DNA of 62,779 bases, the filler included, from a bacterium (lineage in GTDB: Bacteria; UBA9089; CG2-30-40-21; SBAY01), in assembly GCA_040757115.1 (NCBI GenBank). It is 5 parts of 4 records of this genome, joined end to end, with 100 filler letters (N's around TTAATTAATTAA, not from the genome) between each part and the next. Parts side by side here need not be neighbours in the genome. Positions count along the whole stretch, not along the records: positions 35,251 to 49,005 come from JBFLYA010000101.1; positions 49,106 to 62,779 come from JBFLYA010000102.1; 3 more parts are not named here. One strand, 5' to 3'. Of the stretch, positions 42,296-50,467 are shown one piece after another; the stretch's first letter is position 1; each line of letters starts with the position of its first letter. Both the position numbers and the translations under genes were made by a program. The notes under the pieces are model-generated. The model did no database searches. It had not been told where the DNA came from and saw only the letters and a list, made by a program, of their open reading frames with translations.

Positions 42296-43171
42296 ATGCA
42301 ACGAATAGCTTTAGGTAAAGGATTAGATGCCTTACTTCCGGAGGTAAAGTCTGAAGGGGAGAATATTCGGGAGATAAAGATTTCAGAGATTATGTCAAGT
42401 CGTTATCAACCAAGGCGGTATTTTGATGTGGAGAAACAGAAGGAATTAGCAGATTCAATCAGAGAAAAGGGAATAATTCAACCTGTTTTGGTGCGGACAT
42501 CTAAGGATGGTTATGAATTAATAGCAGGTGAACGAAGGCTTCAAGCGGCGAAGTCCATTGGATTAGAGCGAATCCCGGCGATAGTGAAGGATGTAGTTGA
42601 TAGCGAGGCATTAGAAATTGCCTTGATTGAAAACATTCAACGCCAGGATTTGAATCCAATGGAAGAGGCGGATGCTTATCAAAGATTAATCCGTGAATTT
42701 AATCTCACACAAGAAGATTTAGCCAAAGAGGTCGGAAAGGATAGAACCACTGTGACGAACACCCTCCGATTATTAAAATTACCTCCTGAAATTCAAGACC
42801 ATGTTTCTACGGGTATTATTTCGATGGGGCATGCACGGGCAATATTGAGTCTGGAAGTCGAGGCGCAACAATTAGAAGCATCCGAGAAAATTATTAAAAA
42901 GGGCTTATCCGTTCGGGAAACTGAAGGATTGGTTAAACGAATGAAAAAAACGAGTGTTTCACGTGAAACATCTCAACCCCCAGAACCAGATGCCACAATT
43001 CTTGCCTGTGAAGAGGATTTAATGCGAGCATTAGGGACTAAAGTGAGGATTAAGCAAGAATCAAAAGAGAAAGGAAAAATAGAAATAGAGTTCTATTCTT
43101 ACTCAGACCTTGAAAGAATAATGGATAGAATTATCCCAAAAGCAGATTTGGTAAATATACCTACTCTGTAA
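42296..43171 (+). CDS. parB: Chromosome partitioning protein ParB/Spo0J
   Basis: ALGKGLDALL, YQPRRYF, GIIQPVLVR, LIAGERRLQA, ALIENIQRQDLNPMEEA, GHARAIL. Confidence 0.96.
   Translation: MQRIALGKGLDALLPEVKSEGENIREIKISEIMSSRYQPRRYFDVEKQKELADSIREKGIIQPVLVRTSKDGYELIAGERRLQAAKSIGLERIPAIVKDVVDSEALEIALIENIQRQDLNPMEEADAYQRLIREFNLTQEDLAKEVGKDRTTVTNTLRLLKLPPEIQDHVSTGIISMGHARAILSLEVEAQQLEASEKIIKKGLSVRETEGLVKRMKKTSVSRETSQPPEPDATILACEEDLMRALGTKVRIKQESKEKGKIEIEFYSYSDLERIMDRIIPKADLVNIPTL
42955..42970. promoter_or_regulatory. parS: parS centromere site inside parB
   Basis: Perfect palindrome TGTTTCACGTGAAACA (encodes VSRET). Confidence 0.92.
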
Positions 43172-43184
43172 GAGGATAAAAAGT

Positions 43185-43763
43185 GTAAGCGTTCAGGGTG
43201 TCCGTAAGGGAAAATGGAAAAGTAGGGAAAAAAGGGGAAAAATATTAAAGAATTTCATTTCAAATTTTTGGAGTTCTCAATTCCTGAAGCTGTCAGGAAC
43301 AGGTTTATTGAGGATTGTGTGCTTTGTCAGTATCACAGAATCGAAGAGCAAACGAAGCATCTAAATCTGGGACTCCGTTAAAAAAAAAGGAACTTATTTT
43401 TGCAAAAACTGTAAGCATTCAGGTGGTGTAACAAAAGGAGATGTAGAGATTAAGGAGATAGGGAGATATTATTATAAAAAAATTGAAATTAGTAGAAACT
43501 AATAGAAATTTATGGAAATTTGTTGTTTCCCACAATCAATTTCTACCTATTTCTATAAATTTCAATCTATTTCTATTATCTTATCTCCATATCACTCTTA
43601 TCTCCTTATCCCCTTTCTTACACTTTTGATATATAGCCTGAACGGTTACCAAAAACTATAATGCGGGAACGAGCAGAACAACTTTCAAATTCCTATACAT
43701 AAAAATAAATTTCCCATTTTCCCATTATTTCCCCTTTTCCCTTCATTACACCTGAACGGTTAC
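43185..43763. mobile_element. IS66-like miniature element with degenerate cargo and a nested 239-bp MITE
   Basis: GTAAGCGTTCAG...CTGAACGGTTAC; duplication TAAAAAGT/CAAAAAGT; GGGAAAA/TTTCCC arms. Confidence 0.85.
43411..43649. mobile_element. IS66-like MITE, 239 bp, inverted relative to the 37400 copy
   Basis: GTAAGCATTCAG...CTGAACGGTTAC; duplication CAAAAACT. Confidence 0.92.
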
Positions 43764-43809
43764 CAAAAAGTAATACTTAATTGGCTGAATGATGAACAGC
43801 AGATTACCT

Positions 43810-44715
43810 TCAGAATCCTCGTGATAAACCTGATTCTTTAGCTATTCTTATCGCCGACTGGTATTCCTGCCGTGTAATACTCCTTGAAAGCATTGGATAA
43901 TCATAAGCTTGATACATCGGCCGATATTGTGCCATTATATTAACATAGGTATTTTTCGATATTTTGTTAGCAATAAATTCCATTATTTGTTGAGTGCCAG
44001 CCAGATTATAAGGCAGGACTAAATGTCGAACTAATAAACCTCTGGTAGCAATGCCTTCATCATTTATTTGCAAATCTCCTACCTGACAATACATCTCAAC
44101 TAATACCTTTTTTATTATCTCCGGGTAATTCTTTGCCTTTGAATATTTTTCTGAGACTTCTGAGTCTGCGTATTTAGCATCCGGCATATAAATATCTACA
44201 ATCCCATCTAATAATTTTATCGTTTCAATATTCTCATAGCCACCACAATTATAGACAATAGGGATATTCAATCCTTTTGCAATTGCTATGGCTAATGCCT
44301 CTACCCAGAGAGGAACAAAATGGGTTGGTGTAACAAGATTAATATTATGACAGCCGAGTTTTTGTAAATAAAGCATCTGGTTGACCAGCTCTTCTTTAGT
44401 TATCTCTTCCCCATATCCTAAATGACTAATATCATAATTCTGGCAAAAAATACACCCCAAATTACAATGGGTAAAGAATATGGTTCCAGAACCATATTTT
44501 CCTACTAATTCTGGTTCTTCACCAAAATGAGGATGAGCGCTTGAGACTTTTAAGGTAGCCGTAGATTTGCAAAATCCCAGTTCGCCCTGAACCCGATTAA
44601 CCTTACATTCTCGTGGGCACAGGGTGCATTTCTGGAGTTTTTGAGTAAGTAAGTTAATCCTTTTTTGTAATTCGCCAGTTTCGTATAACTTGATATAAGA
44701 AGGTATAAAGATCAT
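43810..44715 (-). CDS. Radical SAM protein, PflX-like (putative PFL-activating enzyme family)
   Basis: CTLCPRECKVNR, HFGEEPEL, GSGTIFFTHCNLGCIFCQNYDIS, VRHLVLP, NIMAQYRP. Confidence 0.9.
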   Translation of the reverse strand: MIFIPSYIKLYETGELQKRINLLTQKLQKCTLCPRECKVNRVQGELGFCKSTATLKVSSAHPHFGEEPELVGKYGSGTIFFTHCNLGCIFCQNYDISHLGYGEEITKEELVNQMLYLQKLGCHNINLVTPTHFVPLWVEALAIAIAKGLNIPIVYNCGGYENIETIKLLDGIVDIYMPDAKYADSEVSEKYSKAKNYPEIIKKVLVEMYCQVGDLQINDEGIATRGLLVRHLVLPYNLAGTQQIMEFIANKISKNTYVNIMAQYRPMYQAYDYPMLSRSITRQEYQSAIRIAKESGLSRGF

Positions 44716-44728
44716 TTAACACCTTGAA

Positions 44729-45409
44729 TTATTTTAACTTGTTATAATAAAACCTTGCCTCATTTGCCCAACTTGAAGAAGAAGATACCTTTCCGTAGGC
44801 TTCTTTAGCCTTCTTCAGGTCGCCTAATTCCTGATAACATCTACCTATACTTACCCACGCATAATTAATATTGAATTCTTCAGGATATTTCTGGATAATT
44901 TGTTGATAGGTTTTAACCGCAGTCTCAAAATCCTTTTTTTCTTCATAAATTTGGGCTAATTCTTGCAAGGCAGAAGATGCCAGTAAGTGTTTTGGGTATT
45001 TTTTCAGGAATTCTTCAAACAGTTTTTTTGCCTGGTCATATTCCTCTAATTGGACCAAGCAGACAGCTTTGTAGAACATTGCCGGCCTGATCCATTTACT
45101 CCATCCATATTTATCCATCACTTTCTGATACTCGTTGAGTGCCTGTCGATAGCTTTCTTTAAATAGAGGTGTGCATTTTTCATAGGTTGTTTGTGCTTTA
45201 GCAAATTGTTGTTCAGCGCCTTTTATTGCCCCGCCAAAAGTCCAGACTAATATAAACCCAACAACGAGTGTGCCTAAGGTTACAAAGGCATAAGTTTGTA
45301 ATTTAGCTGGATTTTGACGCAAATACTCTATCAACCGTTTTATACCCATCGCTAATACATCTTCTTTGATGTCATGTCTTGTGATTTTTTTCTTTTTCTT
45401 TATCTTCAT
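44729..45409 (-). CDS. Membrane-anchored TPR protein (YfgM-like)
   Basis: Basic N-terminus, one TM helix, several TPR motifs. Confidence 0.82.
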   Translation of the reverse strand: MKIKKKKKITRHDIKEDVLAMGIKRLIEYLRQNPAKLQTYAFVTLGTLVVGFILVWTFGGAIKGAEQQFAKAQTTYEKCTPLFKESYRQALNEYQKVMDKYGWSKWIRPAMFYKAVCLVQLEEYDQAKKLFEEFLKKYPKHLLASSALQELAQIYEEKKDFETAVKTYQQIIQKYPEEFNINYAWVSIGRCYQELGDLKKAKEAYGKVSSSSSWANEARFYYNKLK

Positions 45410-45521
45410 TGATTATCTCCTTTCTTAGTTCCATTTTTAATCTTCTTTTTGAGCCCCTTAATATTATACTTTTTGAACTATCACAATTTATTTAATCTGT
45501 TTATCCATCCCTTTTTCACCC

Positions 45522-46550
45522 CTATGTGCGACATATTTTTTGTGGTTCAATAATAACCTTCATCGATTCTTTAGCTTCAGCGACCAGTTGAAAGCCAAGT
45601 TGAATCTGGTCTAATGGCAATCTATGTGTAATCATCTCTTTTACCCACACTCGACGGGTCCTGATTAGTTCAAGTGCAGTGAGATGGTCTGCTCTATTCC
45701 CGGCGTAGGAACTGGTAAGGGTAATTTCATTACGCCAGAAAATGTCCTTAAGAGATAAAGGCGTAGTAAATGGAGCAAAAAATAGTATAGTTCCACCCCG
45801 CTCAACTGATTGTAATGCCTGGGAAATAGCCTCAGTGGCACTGGTGCATATTATCACAATATCAGCCAATCGACCATTATTTATTTTTTTAACTCGTGTC
45901 GGGACATCTTCTTTAGCCGACACCGTAAAATTTGCTCCAAATCGTGTCGCTTGAGTGAGTCGATAGTCACTAATATCTGTGGCAATTATTATTCCTGCAC
46001 CACAAGATTGTGCCAGATGGATATGCAGTAATCCCGCCATCCCACTACCCATAATTAGAATACTATTGCCTGGTTGCATACCTGCTATTTTTTGTCCCCT
46101 TAAAACACATGCTAATGGCTCAATAAAGGTTGCCTCTTCAAAAGAGATTTCATCAGGTAATAAATATACTCCCCGGTCAACATTAATTGCTGGCAGACGG
46201 ACATATTCGGCAAAACCACCCGGCTCAAAATGGGTTTTTCGTAATGTCTCGCAGACCGTATGATGTCCATGCAAACAGTAATGGCAGGTGTAACACGGCA
46301 CATGATGGGAAGCAGAAATCCGGTCTCCAACTCTGTATTGTGTTACTCCCTCTCCGAGCTCAACAATTACACCACCAATTTCATGTCCTAAAACCAGAGG
46401 CACCTTATTAATTCGATACCATTCCATCACATCACTTCCGCAAATACCACTTGCCTCTACCTGAATCAATAATTCTCCTGGTCCAATTTGTGGTTTTTGC
46501 ATCTGTTCTATTCTTATATCACTATTGCTGTAATACATTGCCACTCGCAT
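45522..46550 (-). CDS. Zn-dependent medium-chain dehydrogenase (iditol/threonine dehydrogenase-like)
   Basis: GICGSD, VLGHE, CYTCHYC...C, EPLAC, GSGMAG. Start moved to MRVAMYY at 46550 because the track start lies inside a MITE. Confidence 0.9.
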   Translation of the reverse strand: MRVAMYYSNSDIRIEQMQKPQIGPGELLIQVEASGICGSDVMEWYRINKVPLVLGHEIGGVIVELGEGVTQYRVGDRISASHHVPCYTCHYCLHGHHTVCETLRKTHFEPGGFAEYVRLPAINVDRGVYLLPDEISFEEATFIEPLACVLRGQKIAGMQPGNSILIMGSGMAGLLHIHLAQSCGAGIIIATDISDYRLTQATRFGANFTVSAKEDVPTRVKKINNGRLADIVIICTSATEAISQALQSVERGGTILFFAPFTTPLSLKDIFWRNEITLTSSYAGNRADHLTALELIRTRRVWVKEMITHRLPLDQIQLGFQLVAEAKESMKVIIEPQKICRT

Positions 46551-46570
46551 CGTAATAGATATTTCCTTCC

Positions 46571-46777
46571 GTAATGGGTCAGTCATTTGGGGGAACGAAC
46601 ATTAACCTGCGGATTATAGAATAATGAAAATAGTAGGCAAGTAGGTAGTAGGTAAGTAGGAAAGGGATAAAGGATGTGCACAGTATTCTTCCCCTGGAGG
46701 CAATGTCTCCCTTTCCTACTTTCCTACTCTCCTACTTCCTACTTTCAGGAGAATCCCCCATTTCACTGACCCATTAC
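46571..46777. mobile_element. IS66-like miniature element, 207 bp
   Basis: Perfect 13-bp inverted ends GTAATGGGTCAGT; duplication TTCCTTCC/TTCCCTCC, which is the SD region of the dehydrogenase gene. Confidence 0.88.
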
Positions 46778-46785
46778 TTCCCTCC

Positions 46786-47223
46786 TTAAGGGAAAAAGAT
46801 AGTCATTTCTCTTTGGGCACTGATGGAATTTTCAGCCCGATGGACTAAATTCTGGACAGCACGATTCTCGCTATAAGCAATCTCTAATGAATCTGGACTC
46901 AGACTTCGTATTGTGCCTTTTAATGCCTTTGCCGGGTCAGTAGTTCCAACAATTTTATCCATTAGTAAAAAGAAGTCTTCTTTAATGCCATCTTTTTCTT
47001 CTAAGATAAATGCCTTAGCCGGTTTATCCTGAAGATAAGCCACTAACCACGGATAAAACCTTTTATTTTGATGTTCAAGATAAAGTTGTTCAATCTTTTT
47101 TAGTGGTAATTTATCAAATTCTTTAACCGCAACAATCTCAGCTGCAGGGTTAATCCTGGCTAAAATCTGCTCCTCTAATTTAACACCATCAGGCTTTAGC
47201 ATAAAAAATGTTCTTTGTTTCAT
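46786..47223 (-). CDS. ndk: Nucleoside diphosphate kinase family protein
   Basis: QRTFFMLKPDGV, Y.EH..K.FY..LV, GTTDPAKA.KGTIR, NLVH. Confidence 0.8.
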   Translation of the reverse strand: MKQRTFFMLKPDGVKLEEQILARINPAAEIVAVKEFDKLPLKKIEQLYLEHQNKRFYPWLVAYLQDKPAKAFILEEKDGIKEDFFLLMDKIVGTTDPAKALKGTIRSLSPDSLEIAYSENRAVQNLVHRAENSISAQREMTIFFP

Positions 47224-47377
47224 TTTAATTTATTGAATTCATCCTTTATTTAATAAGAGATTTAGTTCTCATAAAACACAAAATATAGGGATTTGTATAA
47301 ATTAAGCCCTATATATTGTGGCTGAACGGTTACAATCTCTCTTGCTTGTTGTATTTCAGAATAAGATAGATACATAG

Positions 47378-47558
47378 TATAGCGGTTATTAACCAAATTT
47401 TTACATAGAGAATTACCAACAAAATCAAAATGCAAAAATTAAAATGCAAAATGAAAAAATGCAAAGAGAATTTGTATGGGTTTAGTCTCCTGCTTTTTAC
47501 ATTTTGATATTTGATTTTTGTCTCACATTATGTCAAATTTTGACTAATAACTGCTATA
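47378..47558. mobile_element. Miniature inverted-repeat element with TATAGC ends
   Basis: TATAGCGGTTATTAACCAAATTT / AAATTTTGACTAATAACTGCTATA; interior CAAAATG/CATTTTG heptamers. Confidence 0.65.
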
Positions 47559-48506
47559 TTACCCCAGTTGATTATTTTCAAAATTAATTACCGCATATTC
47601 CCTTTCAAAATCCTGTTTATTTTCAGAGGTATGAACTGTATTTTCAATTATGGACTCTGTATATGCTATACGGACAACTCCTAATGCGGTTTTACGAATC
47701 TCCTGAATAACATTTACTCCTTCATACAATAGAGCCAGCGAGCGTTTATTGCTCATAAAATCTACTAATTCACCAAAGAAGGGTTTATGTTTATGTGGGG
47801 TATAAAAGATTTCCATATCAGAGGTAGTAGGGGTAATAATCTTTGCAGAAATGATATACATACCTGTCTTAGAAAAGGCATTGACGACATTGCCCAGTCT
47901 TGGGTCATTTGGGGTATCAAATACATTAGGCTTGACGACTACTAAACTTTGTTCAACCTGGTCTTTTATATCATCAGGATAAACAATAGTCTCTTTTAAA
48001 GGTCCTCCACATGATTTATATTTACGCCACATCACATCCAATTGGGCATCTGCTTCCTCTTTATTTGAAGGTGCAGAAGCAGGAAATTCTATAATTATGT
48101 CCGTATTTATTTTATAAAAAACGCCGTATCTTCCTAAGATAGTCGTGCCATTCCTCTGTCTTATGTCACCCATTAAATTACTAATCCGACTGATAGCATC
48201 TTCTCCCTCGATAACTAAATTAAATATCCTTTTTTTATTATATTTCCTTTTATCATAACTTTCTTCACTCATAAGCATTTGTTTGAATTTATCCTGGATA
48301 ATTTTTTCTTCTTTTGTTTCTGGCAAAGTTAATGTTTCGCAAAAATCCTCAGCAAAATCAGGGGTCAGTGTATAAACATCTGCCGCAATAATGTCTAATG
48401 GAGAATTTCCCTCAGGCATAAAGCGAATTAGACTGAGAATATCCCCTGTTAAAGACCGCTCAAGTGCGGGTAAATAGATATTAATTAAAGTTCGTTCACT
48501 TGCCAT
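47559..48506 (-). CDS. Two-domain NDK-like protein
   Basis: C-domain EQSLVVVKP...FY..HKHKPFFGELVDFMS...ENTVHTSE. The N-domain (ERTLINI...EGEDAI...GTTILGRYG) looks like a degenerate NDK fold. Confidence 0.7.
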   Translation of the reverse strand: MASERTLINIYLPALERSLTGDILSLIRFMPEGNSPLDIIAADVYTLTPDFAEDFCETLTLPETKEEKIIQDKFKQMLMSEESYDKRKYNKKRIFNLVIEGEDAISRISNLMGDIRQRNGTTILGRYGVFYKINTDIIIEFPASAPSNKEEADAQLDVMWRKYKSCGGPLKETIVYPDDIKDQVEQSLVVVKPNVFDTPNDPRLGNVVNAFSKTGMYIISAKIITPTTSDMEIFYTPHKHKPFFGELVDFMSNKRSLALLYEGVNVIQEIRKTALGVVRIAYTESIIENTVHTSENKQDFEREYAVINFENNQLG

Positions 48507-49005
48507 ATAATTTTATCTCCTCCTGAATCAAAATTAGAAATTAGGGTTTCACTCTAAAATGAACCATCTCCTTAATTCAATTCTATTTTACCATTTTTTC
48601 TCTTTGTTGTCAATATAAATTCGTAAATGAAAAAATCATCGCATTACCTAAAAATAATTGTTGGCAAGATTACTTAAATATGTTATAATTTTAAATATAA
48701 TTATTCAGCCACCAGGTTAATAAGATACGAAAAAAGGGATTCGGGATTCGTGGTTCGGGAAAGTATAGGACGCAGATAAACGCAGATTATCAGGATTTTT
48801 AAATGTACATCCTGATAATCTGCGAAAATCTGCGCCCCATAACCTATTTTCAGAAGAAACGCTCATGCCCACAGGGAATGGGCACAAAGTCTTATGGTGA
48901 AATGTCAAGTAAAAAATTAAGTTTTTTTAAAAATATTTTTCTTGACTTATATCCCTAAAAAGGCACAAAAATAGTATGTTCGGATACAAGTGAATTTTTT
49001 AAATA

Positions 49006-49105
49006 NNNNNNNNNNNNNNNNNNNNNNNNNNNNNNNNNNNNNNNNNNNNTTAATTAATTAANNNNNNNNNNNNNNNNNNNNNNNNNNNNNNNNNNNNNNN
49101 NNNNN
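49006..49105. other. Artificial contig linker
   Basis: 44 N + TTAATTAATTAA + 44 N. Confidence 0.98.
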
Positions 49106-49286
49106 AAATCCTCAAAGGCTGAATTATCTCATCAAGAGATTTATAATGCTCTGGAGTTACCTTATCAACCAGGGAAAACAGTCAAATCATTTTGTGGGGA
49201 TTCATACTGTAGTGCCAAAACTCAACCTCTCTACTCTGTAAGTTGTTGATAATACAAGACTTATTTTTTTAAGCGGCGAAGTTGGG
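49106..49286 (+). mobile_element. 3' end of an IS1634-like insertion sequence
   Basis: KSSKAELSHQEIYNALELPYQPGK (stop 49247-49249), TGTAGTGCCAAAA, terminus GCGAAGTTGGG. Sits at the contig edge and cuts the neighbouring gene. Family call is from recalled motif similarity only. Confidence 0.65.
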
Positions 49287-50388
49287 ATGTGCCTTTGGGC
49301 AGAATAGCAATTACATAACGACTGGTTATCTCTAAAAAAATGGGCTGCCACAAATGCCTATCTGCTCCATAGATGTGCACTTTTTCCGAGCTAATCCTAA
49401 TGGGATTTCCCCAGAGTCGAAACTTGTTATTTTTACGATTAAAGGTAGCAGTAATCCATTTTTCAAAGATATGTGGCGAAAGTTGGGAACTAAATTTCAT
49501 AACCACAGGTGCTCCATGCAAGATAGTAAATCGTCCTTGAGTCTGTAAGGTTGTTTTCTCCATTGAATACCAGACTGTCTCTTCAGCATCTTCAGTAGCA
49601 CTTTTATATATTTTTAGGACATAAACCAGATGTGCTCGGTGGTCCACAAAGCTGTCACTGCGATTAGTTACCTTACCATTATAATAGAAATCGTGCCCCC
49701 CTCGTGAAGTTGAAGGAAAGCGTAATTGAGAAATAGAAAAAAGAGGCGAATATATCTTTTGAAGCTCAGGTAAGCAAATCTTCATCTCTTCCAGTCTATC
49801 TACCATAGCAAATCGAGAACTTCTTCGCTCCTTAGTTAATTGACTCTTTTCTTCAAATTCCTCTGATGTAGCATTTATAATCTCCTCTTCCTCTCCCTCT
49901 TCATCATCAATCTCAAAGAAATTCTCAGATTCAAAGACCAATCGCCCATATCTTTTACCAGAGTTAAGTTCTAATACCTTTTGCCACAACTGACCAAATG
50001 TCCAACCGCTAATCCAGAGCCTATCCAAAACAGGTGTGGAATCTACTAATCTTTTAATCCACGGGTCACATTCTTTGATATCTTCCATAGTATAATAGAC
50101 TGGATGACGAGGAATAAGTTTTTCCAGAAACCCTATGTATTGATTCTTTGCTCCATCCCATACCTTGTAAAGAGTCTCATCAATAGGTTCTAACCGAACC
50201 CCAAGATTCTTGAAGATTCCTTCCATTTCTGGCTCTTGTGTTGTATTTGGAACCGTCTCAAGGAGATAGCTCTTAACCAGACCAGAGATTATCTGCCTCT
50301 TATCTATCTCTTCCTTCTTTTCTTGAACATATCCTTCCAGATAGTCCATTACCTGCTTACGGGTAGAGATGGTTTCTATGGACATCAT
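49261..50388 (-). CDS. Hypothetical protein, C-terminus truncated by the IS
   Basis: 375-aa ORF with GGAGG SD and an acidic central patch. The last residues (SQLRRLKK) are read from the IS end. Confidence 0.75.
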   Translation of the reverse strand: MMSIETISTRKQVMDYLEGYVQEKKEEIDKRQIISGLVKSYLLETVPNTTQEPEMEGIFKNLGVRLEPIDETLYKVWDGAKNQYIGFLEKLIPRHPVYYTMEDIKECDPWIKRLVDSTPVLDRLWISGWTFGQLWQKVLELNSGKRYGRLVFESENFFEIDDEEGEEEEIINATSEEFEEKSQLTKERRSSRFAMVDRLEEMKICLPELQKIYSPLFSISQLRFPSTSRGGHDFYYNGKVTNRSDSFVDHRAHLVYVLKIYKSATEDAEETVWYSMEKTTLQTQGRFTILHGAPVVMKFSSQLSPHIFEKWITATFNRKNNKFRLWGNPIRISSEKVHIYGADRHLWQPIFLEITSRYVIAILPKGTSQLRRLKK

Positions 50389-50467
50389 AGACCTCCAAAT
50401 TAATATCCTAAAAGTGTCAACGCTGGTTTAACCCTACGAGTTAATCTCTAACTTTCTAATTCGCTCT

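Noticed and set aside
48717-48908. 63-aa ORF
   Set aside because: It lies in short-repeat DNA (CGCAGAT arms) with no SD or motif.
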